Origin: an uncultured Candidatus Saccharibacteria bacterium
GTDB taxonomy: Bacteria > Patescibacteriota > Minisyncoccia > UBA6257 > 1-14-0-10-44-23
DNA length: 64,000 bases
Direction: 5' to 3'
NCBI GenBank assembly: GCA_964394435.1
Contig: CAYMXN010000001.1
Span: forward strand, 235,928-299,927
The notes beneath the pieces are model-generated. The model saw only the letters and a program-made list of their open reading frames with translations, was not told the origin of the DNA and did not search any database. Numbering within the stretch: position 1 is the stretch's first letter; the number at the start of each line of letters is the position of its first letter. This document shows, piece by piece, positions 27,224 through 38,268 of the stretch. The translations under genes and the position numbers were made by a program.

Positions 27224-28679
27224 ATCACTTCTTTTTACCAACACGACCGCCGGACAAACGATTGTTAAGAATACGTTTTGGTTAATGACGGGCGAGATCG
27301 TCGGACGCTTAATTCGCGCCGGCATCGTTATTTACTCTGCGCGCGTCTTAGGTGCCGGTGAGTATGGAATTTTTTCCTATGCGATATCGGTAGCCGCATT
27401 TATTACTGTCTTTTCTGACATCGGACTCTCGGCCGTACTCACCCGCGAAACATCAAAAAGTCCCGAACTACGCAGTAAGTATCTTGCTAATTCATTTTTT
27501 CTTAAAGTAATCCTTATTAGCCTGAATATTCTTTTTGTACTCTTTGTTGTCCCGTTTATCTCTAAACTCGGTGGCGTTAATCAGCTCCTTCCGCTGGTCG
27601 CTGTGATGATTATTTTTGAAAGCCTACGCGAATTTGGCTTTGGTTTTAATCGTGCACTGGAAAAAATGGAGCGTGAGGCGTATGTGAAAGTAATTCTCAA
27701 TCTCTCCATAGCCGCCCTAGGCTTTATCGCGATTTTTACTCACCCAAACGCCTACACACTGCTTATCGCATATGTACTTGGCGCCCTTATTGGATTTTTA
27801 GCCACCGTATGGTTTTTGCGCGCTCACCTGCGTGAACTTTTTGGTGCGATTGATTTTTCGTTTGCGTGGCACATATTCAAAAACGCCTGGCCGGTCGGAC
27901 TCCTCACTGTCTTAGGTGCGGTAATGATCAATACCGATATGATTATGCTTGGCTGGTGGCTTGATAAAAATCCAGTCGGGTATTACGCTGCTGCACAGAA
28001 AATTATCTTACTACTCTACATTATTCCAACACTGCTTTCCTCGGCAGCATTTCCGGCATTTGCCCGTCTTGCGCACAGCTTAAATCATGAGCGCTTCCGC
28101 GCCATCCTTGAGCGAACGATCGCCTTCGCCTTTTTAATCGGCATTCCGCTCGCTTTTGGCGGACTCATCTTGGCGCGGGAAACAATTGCGCTTCTCTATG
28201 GCACCGAATATCTCCCGGCCGCAACGACATTTCGCATTCTGATGGCAACGATGTTTGTCGTTTTCCCAAGCACGATTATTACTAACGCACTTTTTGCTTA
28301 CAATCAGCAAAAACGTTTTATTTGGTACGTTGGTCTTGGTGCGCTCTCAAACGCGTTTTTTAACTATCTCTTTATTCCACGCTACGGCATCGAGGGAGCG
28401 GCGGTTGCTACGCTTAGCTCTCAAATTCTTTCTAACTTTTTGATTTGGCGAGCGATGAAAAAAGTAAACTACTTCGTGATTATTCCGCGCCTCACGCGTA
28501 TCTGTATTGCCGCCCTACTTATGTCCTTGTATGCGTATGGCGCGAATCAACTCGGGGTTTCTGCCCTTACTATTATCCCTACAAGCATCGCCCTCTATGG
28601 TGTTTTGATCGTTTTATTTAAAGAACCACTGCTTCGCCAGGCGAAGCAGGCTGTTTCAGTAGACGAGTTAAAGGGCTAA
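27207..28679 (+). CDS. oligosaccharide flippase (Wzx/MOP superfamily)
   Basis: 490 aa, about 12-14 TM helices, polysaccharide-biosynthesis-protein-like. Confidence 0.7.
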   Translation: MLKKIKSLLFTNTTAGQTIVKNTFWLMTGEIVGRLIRAGIVIYSARVLGAGEYGIFSYAISVAAFITVFSDIGLSAVLTRETSKSPELRSKYLANSFFLKVILISLNILFVLFVVPFISKLGGVNQLLPLVAVMIIFESLREFGFGFNRALEKMEREAYVKVILNLSIAALGFIAIFTHPNAYTLLIAYVLGALIGFLATVWFLRAHLRELFGAIDFSFAWHIFKNAWPVGLLTVLGAVMINTDMIMLGWWLDKNPVGYYAAAQKIILLLYIIPTLLSSAAFPAFARLAHSLNHERFRAILERTIAFAFLIGIPLAFGGLILARETIALLYGTEYLPAATTFRILMATMFVVFPSTIITNALFAYNQQKRFIWYVGLGALSNAFFNYLFIPRYGIEGAAVATLSSQILSNFLIWRAMKKVNYFVIIPRLTRICIAALLMSLYAYGANQLGVSALTIIPTSIALYGVLIVLFKEPLLRQAKQAVSVDELKG

Positions 28680-28716
28680 CTCCTCCTTGCTTTTTTATTC
28701 CTGCCCGTTCGCTCTA

Positions 28717-29538
28717 TTACTTTTTATATCTCCGAAAAACTGCGAGACGCAGCTTATCTGAAATGAGCGATCCAAACGCCGAGTATGCGAGGTACCGCAT
28801 CCAGGCTTTCAGTTTTGAGATACGATAGCGCGGATACAATCCTTTATAGCGACTTATAATCGCAATCGCTTGGCGAAGCTGGGCGCGTTTATTACTCCAA
28901 CTGATTGAGCCGCTACGCAAGGTAAACCCCAGGGCGTAATCAGGCAGGTTGGCAAGTTTACCCATTGTGCCGAGCTTGAGCCAAAGATCATAGTCTTCAA
29001 CACGATGCGTAAGGGGGAGTTCGCTATACCCTCCCGCCGCTACTGCTGCTAGGCGACGGAAAACAACGCTCGCGTGCGCGAAACAATTGCGATATAAGAT
29101 ACGGCTACGAATCTGCCCATCTGTTTGTGGATTTTGATACCTAAAAAGCTCTTTACTGTTTTCATCAACTACCATTACCGCAGTACCAACCAGCACGTGA
29201 TCTGGATTACTTTCGAGAAACTCTATTTGATTTTTAAGCTTATTAACATCTGTCCAAAAATCATCATCATCAATACGAGCGATAAACTCACCAGTCGCCT
29301 CTTTAAGTCCGTGATTAAGCGTTTTTTGGATACCAAGATTGTGCGGATTACGTAGTGGGCGGACGCGCTTATCAAGCTGCGCGTACTTTTGAATTAAAAG
29401 CGGCGTTTTATCGGTCGAACAGTCATCGATGATGATTAACTCAAAATCACGATAGCTCTGTACGAGCACGCTTTTAATTGCACGCTCGATAAAGCGTTCG
29501 CCATTGTAGACCGGCAGCAAAATTGAGACACGTGTCAT
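28717..29538 (-). CDS. glycosyltransferase family 2
   Basis: SILLPVYNGERFIERAIKSVLVQSYRDFELIIIDDCSTD. Confidence 0.8.
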   Translation of the reverse strand: MTRVSILLPVYNGERFIERAIKSVLVQSYRDFELIIIDDCSTDKTPLLIQKYAQLDKRVRPLRNPHNLGIQKTLNHGLKEATGEFIARIDDDDFWTDVNKLKNQIEFLESNPDHVLVGTAVMVVDENSKELFRYQNPQTDGQIRSRILYRNCFAHASVVFRRLAAVAAGGYSELPLTHRVEDYDLWLKLGTMGKLANLPDYALGFTLRSGSISWSNKRAQLRQAIAIISRYKGLYPRYRISKLKAWMRYLAYSAFGSLISDKLRLAVFRRYKK

Positions 29539-29540
29539 GA

Positions 29541-30614
29541 TTATTTATTTTCAACCCCCATCACCTTAAAGATGTGATCAAACCGATTAGCGTACGTATG
29601 CTCGCGAACGGTGCGCTCATATCCAGCTTTACGAATCGCCTCGCGTTCCTCGTCATGTGCGAGATAATACTTCGCCTTCTCGATTAAGTCGGCGGTGTCG
29701 GTAAAAAGAATAATTTCCTTGCCAGGCACGAAATACTCCTCAACATTATCAGCGCGGTCGGTCATAAGTAGTGCGCCAGAACCAGGAACTTCAAAGTTTC
29801 TCGTTTTGATTTGGTACGTATTGAGCCGGTCGATGTATGCGCGCAGTTGATCAAGCCAGGTACCAATTGGATTCATATGATACTTACCCGCGCTATCTTT
29901 ATTGATAAAGATACGAGCGATACCTTTCAAGTTGAATGCTCCGGAACTACGGGCAAAATTTAGATTTATTTTACTCGCGCAAAACGCTTTAATCATCGCC
30001 TCGCCAAAAATACGGCCGTTTGGCCACCCTGGGCCAAAACACTCTACCTTAACTCCTGCATCTTTCAGTGCTTGAATAATCTCCGGGCGCTTACCATATG
30101 GCTGGCCGATAAATGAGACGTCGTACTGATATGGGACATCGTAACGCTTATAGAGCGACGGACTGCACGCCCACTGCGTTTTAATCACATTGGTTAAGCC
30201 GGCTTTTTTATAGCGAGGAAGCGAGCCATTATCGGTTGTCGATACCCAGTGAAACAGCGGTGCGTAGTGCTTACTGAAGTTATGAAATCTCCAGTGATCG
30301 TCGCAATACCAGTTATAGGTTATCGCGCCAGATTTTTCTTTAATCTCCTTCAGCGTTTCTTTGTTAATTTCGTCGTTAAACAACACAAAGAAGCAGAGGT
30401 CTGGCTTTTGCTCATATACTGTTTTTAATAAGCGAGCGTTCATCTGCTCTTTACCCACTTCATGCATCACCTCATCAAACGGGAAGTAGATAACCTTATG
30501 CTTACCACCCTGATACGCAACCAATGACTCGTAAAAGTTGTAATGCTCGAGACTATAGCCCCCGCGCTTCGGATCGCCATAATCGTACTTCATTGCGACA
30601 TACAGGATTTTCAT
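29541..30614 (-). CDS. hypothetical glycosyltransferase-like protein (CgeB/DUF3880-like?)
   Basis: 357 aa in a glycan locus. Weak family assignment. Confidence 0.35.
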   Translation of the reverse strand: MKILYVAMKYDYGDPKRGGYSLEHYNFYESLVAYQGGKHKVIYFPFDEVMHEVGKEQMNARLLKTVYEQKPDLCFFVLFNDEINKETLKEIKEKSGAITYNWYCDDHWRFHNFSKHYAPLFHWVSTTDNGSLPRYKKAGLTNVIKTQWACSPSLYKRYDVPYQYDVSFIGQPYGKRPEIIQALKDAGVKVECFGPGWPNGRIFGEAMIKAFCASKINLNFARSSGAFNLKGIARIFINKDSAGKYHMNPIGTWLDQLRAYIDRLNTYQIKTRNFEVPGSGALLMTDRADNVEEYFVPGKEIILFTDTADLIEKAKYYLAHDEEREAIRKAGYERTVREHTYANRFDHIFKVMGVENK

Positions 30615-30618
30615 ATGC

Positions 30619-31677
30619 TTATTTTTTAGTTGCGTTTGTGTGCTGGGCGATCATTTCGCGCAATGTGCGCTCGAGGTCGTATTCGTATTTCCAGTCCGGA
30701 TAGTGCTTTTGGAACTTAGATACATCAGAGATATACCAGATGTGGTCACCGCGACGGTTCTGATCAACATATTCATAATCAGCCTTTTTACCGCTAATCT
30801 TTTCAATCATCTCGATCGCCTCAATCATCGAACAGTTACTAAACCGACTGCCGCCCATATTGTATACCTCTCCTTTTCGCGGATTGAGATAGAAGTGATA
30901 GAACGCGTTAATTAAATCGTACGAGTGGATATTGTCGCGAACCTGCTTACCCTTATACCCAAAAATTTTATATTTTTTACCGCTTACTACGCATTTGACG
31001 AGATAGCTCAAGAATCCGTGCAGCTCTACGCCAGCGTGCGACGGACCAGTTAAGCAGCCACCGCGAAAAACCGCCGTCTTAAGTCCAAAATACTTCCCGT
31101 ACTCCTGCACGAGAATGTCTGCCGCAACCTTACTCGCACCAAACAAGCTATGAAGTGAGTCGTCGATACTCATCGTCTCATCAATACCTTTTTGATACGG
31201 GTGCTTCGGATCTATCTCCCAGCGCTTCTCGGTTTCGATAAGCGGAAGCGTATTTGGTTTATCTCCATATACCTTATTTGTCGAGGTAAAAATAAAGACT
31301 GCTTCAGGCGAGTAGAGCCTAAAGTGCTCGAGGATGTTCAGTGTACCGTTTGCGTTAACCGTAAAATCGGTAAGTGGCTCTTTTACAGCCCAGTCGTGCG
31401 ATGGCTGCGCTGCGGTGTGAATAATTAAATCAAACTTATGCTCCTTGAAGAGCTTAGTGAGCTCCTCTTGGTTGCGAATATCAAAATTATAGTGCTTAAA
31501 ATGCTGATGTTTATCTTTGAGTTGTTGATTGCGACTCTTCGTACTCCCATCTGGGCCGAAGAAGTAGCTACGCATATCGTTATCAATACCCACAACCTCA
31601 AAGCCCTTGTCGGCGAAAAAGCTGACGGCTTCTGAACCAATCAGCCCTCCCGAGCCTGTAATTAACACTTTTTTCAT
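30619..31677 (-). CDS. NAD-dependent epimerase/dehydratase (CDP-sugar 2-epimerase-like)
   Basis: [16 protein letters not shown] Rossmann motif. 352 aa. Confidence 0.7.
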   Translation of the reverse strand: MKKVLITGSGGLIGSEAVSFFADKGFEVVGIDNDMRSYFFGPDGSTKSRNQQLKDKHQHFKHYNFDIRNQEELTKLFKEHKFDLIIHTAAQPSHDWAVKEPLTDFTVNANGTLNILEHFRLYSPEAVFIFTSTNKVYGDKPNTLPLIETEKRWEIDPKHPYQKGIDETMSIDDSLHSLFGASKVAADILVQEYGKYFGLKTAVFRGGCLTGPSHAGVELHGFLSYLVKCVVSGKKYKIFGYKGKQVRDNIHSYDLINAFYHFYLNPRKGEVYNMGGSRFSNCSMIEAIEMIEKISGKKADYEYVDQNRRGDHIWYISDVSKFQKHYPDWKYEYDLERTLREMIAQHTNATKK

Positions 31678-31709
31678 AGCAATATTTTGTCTTAATTTCT
31701 AAATTTTGT

Positions 31710-32852
31710 CTACTTTTTGCTAACCAGCTCTCCCGCTAATTGCTCATACCTTTCGACGATGCGCTCCCATCGATGCTCCTGATCCCAAAGCTCGAATGCG
31801 CGCTGTGTAGAGCGATGTCTTAGTGCATCATCGTTAAGCAGTCGATCAGCTATATGCGCCATTTCTTCCGGCGTCTGTACGATAGAGAGATACTCTTTGT
31901 GATCAGCAACATTACCAACTGGTCGAGTGATAAATGACACCTTGCTGGCAAATGACTCATACATTACCAGTGGCGCACACTCAACTCGTGAGCCAAACAA
32001 AAATAAATCGGCGTTTTTATACGCAGAAATAACCTCGGCTCTATTTTTCCCAGAAATAATTTTAATGCGAGGATTTAGCAGGCTGGCTATCCAACACGGC
32101 AGATACCCTGTAATGATATGCGCGAGTTTTTTTACTCCCTTGCTGGTCGGCAGTTCACCGATGAGTGCGAGCGTGACATCTTTGTTACGCATTTTTTTAA
32201 TGGCCTTAATAACGAAGCGCTGGCCTTTCGCGGCGTAAAAATTCGCAACAGTTATGGCGAGGTATTTTGTTCGTATATGTGCTCGCTCTCTAAAGCGATA
32301 GAGATCGGATGGGATAAACTCGTCAGCAGAAGCACCATTTGGAATATATACCGCCTTCGCACCCACTCCGTGCTCGTCGCCAAATACCTTGTCCTGATAA
32401 CTCATCGACATATAGACGAGCGAGTCGTATTGCGCAAGATACGCCGGAAGTTGCGCAAAATATGCTTGATAGATCGGATTATGTAGTCCCGAGTACCCGC
32501 ACGGGATAAGCACTTTTTTTGCTTTGATTTTTGATAATACTGCGAACGCAAGATCGGTCGACCAGTTTTGCGCCGCATAATTAATCACCACATCAAAATC
32601 TCCTTGGAGATATTGATGATAACGTGCCTGCTCATCGCTTGCTCCTACGAACCCTTTGGCAAGATTTCCTCCAAGTTTAAAACTCTCAACTCGCACGCCA
32701 TTGAGTGCGGTGAAATTGCGCTCACTCGTGTACGATGTGGCGACCGAAACTTGATGTCCTTTTTTAAGAAGCCCTTCCGCGAGCTGCTTCACCACCTGCT
32801 CAACCCCACCTTTTCGTGGCTCATAAAACTCAACCGTAAAAAGTATTTTCAT
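31710..32852 (-). CDS. glycosyltransferase family 4 (GT-B)
   Basis: MKILFTVEFYEPRKGGVEQVV N-terminus. E…E C-terminal motif region. Confidence 0.7.
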   Translation of the reverse strand: MKILFTVEFYEPRKGGVEQVVKQLAEGLLKKGHQVSVATSYTSERNFTALNGVRVESFKLGGNLAKGFVGASDEQARYHQYLQGDFDVVINYAAQNWSTDLAFAVLSKIKAKKVLIPCGYSGLHNPIYQAYFAQLPAYLAQYDSLVYMSMSYQDKVFGDEHGVGAKAVYIPNGASADEFIPSDLYRFRERAHIRTKYLAITVANFYAAKGQRFVIKAIKKMRNKDVTLALIGELPTSKGVKKLAHIITGYLPCWIASLLNPRIKIISGKNRAEVISAYKNADLFLFGSRVECAPLVMYESFASKVSFITRPVGNVADHKEYLSIVQTPEEMAHIADRLLNDDALRHRSTQRAFELWDQEHRWERIVERYEQLAGELVSKK

Positions 32853-33646
32853 AAGCGAATTAACGTTCCGATTACGACCTTGGCAGCATTAACAACGTAT
32901 TTACGCATGAGCGTAAAGCGGTTATATCCAAATCGCCTGTTTTTCAAAAAATCAGCATACAGCCAACATAGGCGCTTATAGCTCTTTACTCGGCTTTTTG
33001 AAGTCTGCTCTGGGTGAATTCGGTAGCGCATCAAAGGCTCATTTATGGCCTTAAATTGGCCCGTAGGAGCGATTTTGAGCCATAAATGGTAATCCTCTAT
33101 AGCGAGTCCACGCCCCTCTTCGCTAAACATACCCGCACGCTCAATTGCCGACTTGCGCGCCACAACGGTCGAGGCGGGAATAAAGTTTTTTTGAATGAGT
33201 CTGTCGGCAACCGCACCAACCGATAGTTCACCGGTCATTTGCGAGTACAGCGCATACGTTTGCTGCGCGGTGCCGAAAAATTCTGCATCAGAATATACAA
33301 GATGTACGTTGATATCATCAAATAGCGGCATCTGCTTGGCGAGCTTTTCACTCTGCCAAAGATCGTCGGCATCTAATAACGCGATAAACTCACCTTGAGC
33401 AATTTTAATACCCGCATTACGCGCCGCGCCCGTGCCTTTATTTTTCTGATAGATATATGTAATCGTTTTTGCATCAATATACGACTGCAAAACTTCGCGC
33501 GTGGTATCAGTTGAACCATCGTCAATAACAATAATCTCGATTGGCTTGTATGTTTGCGCACGAACCGAATCAATCGCCTCGGCGATGTACTTTGCTGCGT
33601 TATAGCTAGGGATAATTACCGAGACGAGCTTGCTCATACTAGCCAA
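32849..33646 (-). CDS. glycosyltransferase family 2
   Basis: VSVIIPSYNAAKYIAEAIDSVRAQTY…IIVIDDGSTD. Confidence 0.8.
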   Translation of the reverse strand: MASMSKLVSVIIPSYNAAKYIAEAIDSVRAQTYKPIEIIVIDDGSTDTTREVLQSYIDAKTITYIYQKNKGTGAARNAGIKIAQGEFIALLDADDLWQSEKLAKQMPLFDDINVHLVYSDAEFFGTAQQTYALYSQMTGELSVGAVADRLIQKNFIPASTVVARKSAIERAGMFSEEGRGLAIEDYHLWLKIAPTGQFKAINEPLMRYRIHPEQTSKSRVKSYKRLCWLYADFLKNRRFGYNRFTLMRKYVVNAAKVVIGTLIRL

Positions 33647-34313
33647 AAATATCCTTAAGCCACACTTCGAGGATCTCCTCCTCTTTTCCTAATAACGAGA
33701 GCGAAAGAACTTCGCGCGCAACTGCGCGCTCGTCAATCGACTGCGCACCCTTATGTGCTTTCGCAATTACGTTGTGCAGTCGATGACTAACTCCCGGAAT
33801 AATCGAAGCCAACTTAGCTGCCCGATCAGGAACAAGCTTGCTCGTATACACGATTTTTGATTCTATGTTTGGATTTACAAAACCAAGTTTTTCAAACAGA
33901 TAGGCAAATTTTTCTTTTCCAAAAAAATCTTTATGGAGCGCCCAATCTGACTCCTGTGAGCCAAAAAGATGTCGGGCGATGCGAAACTTTTCAGCTAATG
34001 AGGCGCCAATAAAATCACGCGCGCCGGTTTCAAAGTCAGGTGTTTCGATAAACAGCAATCCGTTTGGCTTAAGCCAGCGACGCCACTGAAATAAGATCTT
34101 AAGCGCCTCTTGGCGAGTGAAGTGCTCAAACAAGTGATGCGTACGAATCTCGTCGACGGTATTATCCGCAAACTGAAGCGTCCGAATATCTTGATACACA
34201 TCCGCCTTCGCCTTCATAACCGTCTGCCCCTGCGGCGGTAAGTCGACGTTAGTATACCCTTCTAAATAATTCGCACCGCAGCCGAGATGTAATCTGATTG
34301 GTTTTGTTGTCAT
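33639..34313 (-). CDS. class I SAM-dependent methyltransferase
   Basis: LHLGCGANYLEGYTNVD motif I. Confidence 0.6.
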   Translation of the reverse strand: MTTKPIRLHLGCGANYLEGYTNVDLPPQGQTVMKAKADVYQDIRTLQFADNTVDEIRTHHLFEHFTRQEALKILFQWRRWLKPNGLLFIETPDFETGARDFIGASLAEKFRIARHLFGSQESDWALHKDFFGKEKFAYLFEKLGFVNPNIESKIVYTSKLVPDRAAKLASIIPGVSHRLHNVIAKAHKGAQSIDERAVAREVLSLSLLGKEEEILEVWLKDIFG

Positions 34314-34318
34314 ATGCG

Positions 34319-34939
34319 TTATTTCTTAATCATAATGATATTATTTCCAAGCTCAAAAGTAATTCGCATCGAGACTTTGCCACTCAATAACTTCACCTCA
34401 TCAATAGTCGGATATCCATTTTGACCGGTAAATAGATGAGCATCATCAACGAGCACGATACTTTCAGGGCCATACTTCCAATTAAGAATTGCTGAAATTT
34501 CTTTTCGAAGCGGAGAGTCTTCTGCTGCGCGCGCCGTGTCGCCACCCGAGTAATGACCATCAAGCCAAAATATAGCCGGCTGATTAAGCTGCGCTAAGAT
34601 CTTTGAGAGCTCGACGCCACTATCGCCATATACAATTGATATATTAGAGTCCTGCCTAAATCGATGCACCGCAGCCTCGTAATATGATTTGGCTAACTCA
34701 ATTGAATATAGATGAGTGAAGTTCGACTTGAGCGCGCTTATCGTGTCACCCATATACGTCCCTGTTTCAACGAAAACCTTTATATTGGATTGCTTAGCTA
34801 TGGTGCGAATACATTTTTGCTTAGCGATACTTGGCGCAAAATCAGCCTTGCCTTTTATGAGCCAGCCTACATATGAAAGTCGAGCGAGAACTATTCGCTT
34901 GAAATAGGAGAGGCCAAGTTTTTGCAATAGTTTTTTCAT
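34319..34939 (-). CDS. class I SAM-dependent methyltransferase (TylF/CmcI-like)
   Basis: VETGTYMGDT motif. Weak family assignment. Confidence 0.45.
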   Translation of the reverse strand: MKKLLQKLGLSYFKRIVLARLSYVGWLIKGKADFAPSIAKQKCIRTIAKQSNIKVFVETGTYMGDTISALKSNFTHLYSIELAKSYYEAAVHRFRQDSNISIVYGDSGVELSKILAQLNQPAIFWLDGHYSGGDTARAAEDSPLRKEISAILNWKYGPESIVLVDDAHLFTGQNGYPTIDEVKLLSGKVSMRITFELGNNIIMIKK

Positions 34940-34940
34940 A

Positions 34941-35867
34941 TTAGATCAATTTAAGATATTCTTCCGCGGCTTTGCGATCGGTAAAGTTTTGTAAGTGATA
35001 TGCGCGAGGGCGAAATGTATCAAGCTTTTTGAGAAAACTATCCAATTTTACACTCAACTCTTGCTCGTCCTTAAACTCAATACCAACTTCGTCACTTAAG
35101 TACGGGGCTGAACTTGCGCCCATCCACTCATAATCTCCCGCCTTAAACAATCGCCTGTCCCACACAAGCGTTGGCACGTCCATCATCCACGCCTCATGAA
35201 TCGCAATACCCTGACTCTCGGACTCACTCAAAAAGATAAGCGCTTTCGCCCGGTTCAATTCGCTTAGGTATGCGCGCCGACTATATGCTCCATATCGCAC
35301 AACCTTATATGGTAACCCCCTCTTTTGTAGTTCAGAAATAATATATTCAAATAATGCGGTCGGACATTTCTTCTGGTACACAATAAATGTACCGCGTTCA
35401 CTTGAAAGTTTGGTTATCGGCGCGGTTTCTACGCCGGCTGCCCAAATACTTAGCGCCTGCGCACGAGTTGGTGCGAGTGAGGCGAGCCAGTCTTTCGCCC
35501 AGCCTGATGGAGCGAGCAATGTATCAACTTGTTCGCTAAAAATAATCCCATTGTGCTCTTTGGGCATCGCGATATTAGGACCGGCGATTATTTTTTTAAT
35601 CTTACCTTCCTTTTTTGCCTGTATAGCCCAGCGCAACCCCTCTACCGAACTAAGAACACCAACAACTGCATCTTGCGGTACTCGCACCGGATTGTACTTA
35701 TACGAGACTCCCAGCTCGTTTAACCCGCGCAGAAGACTTTGCGCTACCGCACGTGGTCCGCGCGTTCTGCGACTTACCTGTTTGAGGCGTGATTTAATAT
35801 ACCCAACTAGACCTGGGCGCTCGGTAAGTAACACTAATGGCGTATTGTTAGATATTGATGTACTCAT
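34941..35867 (-). CDS. hypothetical protein of the glycan locus
   Basis: Start moved to MSTSISNNTPLVL to limit overlap. No motif recognised. Confidence 0.35.
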   Translation of the reverse strand: MSTSISNNTPLVLLTERPGLVGYIKSRLKQVSRRTRGPRAVAQSLLRGLNELGVSYKYNPVRVPQDAVVGVLSSVEGLRWAIQAKKEGKIKKIIAGPNIAMPKEHNGIIFSEQVDTLLAPSGWAKDWLASLAPTRAQALSIWAAGVETAPITKLSSERGTFIVYQKKCPTALFEYIISELQKRGLPYKVVRYGAYSRRAYLSELNRAKALIFLSESESQGIAIHEAWMMDVPTLVWDRRLFKAGDYEWMGASSAPYLSDEVGIEFKDEQELSVKLDSFLKKLDTFRPRAYHLQNFTDRKAAEEYLKLI

Positions 35868-36534
35868 TTTTAAACGCGTCGTGCCAGCGTAAACCAAGAT
35901 TCGCCAACGTCTTAAATGCCCATTTTTTCTTTTTTGCATACTGAAAGAGATCCGTCTCAAGACTCACCCTTGTTTCTGCTAACTGCTTCAGATTTGCCTG
36001 TTCACAATACTCACGTAGCGCCTCCACTGGACAACTAAATAAACCTGTCCAAAACTGCTTAAGCGTTTTTGAGAATATTCGCATAAACTTAACTTTGACG
36101 CTCGTTACTTTAAGATACGTTTCCGGCGCGGCCACGAATTGATCAAAAAATGATATATCGACCATCTCTTGCCGTGGCTCAAAATGAATGACGTATGTAT
36201 ATCCGCCCGCCGCTAAGCTAGGCAAGACCCCTCTCCACGCAGCGATTACCCCACACCCCTTATTTACCCGCCCATACTCGTTATCATAAAACGTTTTTTC
36301 ACCACACAGATTTGGCAAAGCTTTGATTGCGCTCATAAGCCGCTGATCATATTGCTTCTCGGGTTCGATCGTATTGTCTACCCAAAATACATCAAAGTCG
36401 TTTGGATACTTTTGTATAACCTCGGCAATTCTACTAAACCCGGCGCAGTATTGCCGGATGCGCTCATCATGATCTGCTGTACTACCGAGCGTTGTAATAA
36501 ATGCCGTTGGAAGAACAATCGCAGTTTTTTTCAT
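35848..36534 (-). CDS. hypothetical protein of the glycan locus
   Basis: 228 aa, no motif recognised. Confidence 0.35.
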   Translation of the reverse strand: MKKTAIVLPTAFITTLGSTADHDERIRQYCAGFSRIAEVIQKYPNDFDVFWVDNTIEPEKQYDQRLMSAIKALPNLCGEKTFYDNEYGRVNKGCGVIAAWRGVLPSLAAGGYTYVIHFEPRQEMVDISFFDQFVAAPETYLKVTSVKVKFMRIFSKTLKQFWTGLFSCPVEALREYCEQANLKQLAETRVSLETDLFQYAKKKKWAFKTLANLGLRWHDAFKNEYINI

Positions 36535-36537
36535 ATC

Positions 36538-37671
36538 TTACCAGCCTTTTTTAATTGAATCGACAATATACTGACGCTGCTTTGGAGTGAGCCACCAACC
36601 AACTGGAATACAGATAATTTTCTGACTAAGCTCATCAAGCTGGGGCAGCGGGCGCTTGTATGCCGCAACACAACTGTGTTTATCGTTTCGCTCATGTACG
36701 CGACTTACCATAATTCCCCGCTCTTTCATCGCTCTCATAAAATCTTCGCGGCGGTCGACTTTGAGCGTGTAGATCCAGTACGCACTCTTATACCCAGCCT
36801 TGAGCGGCATAAGCTCAACACCTGCAACCCCTTTTAAAGCTTTGTTATAAAACGCAGCATTTGCCTGATGCTTTTTAAGGGTAGTGTTTACATATTTTAA
36901 TTGCTCAATGCCAATCGTCGCATTAACATCGTTCATATGCATCTTGTACCCCCACTCTGGAATATCGTTCTCTACTCGGAAATCGCTACTTCCCTTGCGC
37001 TCCTCGCGATCAATTCCGTACCAACGCAAAAGCTTTCCACGCTTATATGCTTGCTCATCCTTTGCGATTAACAATCCCCCATCGACGGTAGTCATATGCT
37101 TAATCGCTTGAAGACTAAATGCACCAAAATCACCAACTGTTCCGAGCGGCTTACCTTTGTAGGTAGCGCCAAACGCGTGCGCACAATCTTCAATTACTTT
37201 TAAGTTATGCTTTTGTGCAATCGCATTAATCTCATCCATGTCACATGGAGTGCCGCCCCAGTGCACGACCATAATTGCTTTTGTTTTAGGCGTGATACGG
37301 GCCTCGATAGTCCGCCAATCTATATTTGCCGTTTCTTGATCAACATCCGCCCAAACTGGAACGCCTCCTGCGGCCAAAATGGCCCAATTGGTCGCCGTAC
37401 AAGTTAGCGCTGTTGTGATTACCTCGTCTCCGCGACCAGGCTCGATACCCGAAAGCTTTACTGCGAGTTGCAAGGCAGATGTTCCGCTGTTTACCGTCAA
37501 TACATGCTTTGTTTTTAAGCGTTTACGCAAAAGACCCTCAAACTCTTCAACGCGCGGACCCTGCGTAATATATCCACTTAGTAATGTTTTTTTCAGCGGC
37601 GCCATTACGCTCGCGGGCATATATACCTTAAACAGAGGAATAAGTGGCTTTGCGTTTTCTTTTTTAGGCAT
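36538..37671 (-). CDS. DegT/DnrJ/EryC1/StrS-family PLP-dependent sugar aminotransferase
   Basis: 377 aa. Family-typical regions (…TGTSALQLA…, …AHAFGATYKGKPLG…SLQAIKHMTTVDGGLL). Confidence 0.8.
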   Translation of the reverse strand: MPKKENAKPLIPLFKVYMPASVMAPLKKTLLSGYITQGPRVEEFEGLLRKRLKTKHVLTVNSGTSALQLAVKLSGIEPGRGDEVITTALTCTATNWAILAAGGVPVWADVDQETANIDWRTIEARITPKTKAIMVVHWGGTPCDMDEINAIAQKHNLKVIEDCAHAFGATYKGKPLGTVGDFGAFSLQAIKHMTTVDGGLLIAKDEQAYKRGKLLRWYGIDREERKGSSDFRVENDIPEWGYKMHMNDVNATIGIEQLKYVNTTLKKHQANAAFYNKALKGVAGVELMPLKAGYKSAYWIYTLKVDRREDFMRAMKERGIMVSRVHERNDKHSCVAAYKRPLPQLDELSQKIICIPVGWWLTPKQRQYIVDSIKKGW

Positions 37672-37674
37672 AGC

Positions 37675-38262
37675 TTAGTGTTTTCGAATTAACGTAATGG
37701 AAGGAAATGGCGCAACAGTAAAATACTCGATATCTCCGCGCTGTTTCGCAAATTGCTTTAACCAGTCAGCAATCGGCTGTTTCTTAAACTTAACCATCCA
37801 CTCAACCTTATCGCGCTCTGGCGAGCCTCCTTCGATAATAATGCACTGCCGAACCTTATCGATCCATTTGGGAATAATCTCCTCGAGAATCTCTCCCTTG
37901 TTACTTACATCGACGTGCAGTATATCAACCATGTCGTGTTCTTGGTCGACTCCAACCGCATCACGCAATGTTAGTTGAACGACATCTTTTACTTCTTTTA
38001 GGTTTTCAGCAGCTACGGCTTGCGAGCACGAGCTAAACTCGTACTTCTCCCAGAGGTCGTAGCAAAATAACTTCCCTTTTTTGTTGTCAGTTAGTCCACG
38101 TGCGATATGATACGCGCTGTACCCATCTTTTGTACCAAGCTCTACTACTTTTTCTGGTTGGTAGGTTTTGATAAGTGCGTAAAATAACTCGCCGTATGCG
38201 TGCTCCTCGTATGATGAGTGCCATTTTGATTGGCCCATTTTATCTTTCCATTGTTCAGGCAT
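37675..38262 (-). CDS. class I SAM-dependent methyltransferase-like protein
   Basis: VVELGTKDGYSAYHIARG motif I-like. Confidence 0.45.
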   Translation of the reverse strand: MPEQWKDKMGQSKWHSSYEEHAYGELFYALIKTYQPEKVVELGTKDGYSAYHIARGLTDNKKGKLFCYDLWEKYEFSSCSQAVAAENLKEVKDVVQLTLRDAVGVDQEHDMVDILHVDVSNKGEILEEIIPKWIDKVRQCIIIEGGSPERDKVEWMVKFKKQPIADWLKQFAKQRGDIEYFTVAPFPSITLIRKH

Positions 38263-38268
38263 ATAGTT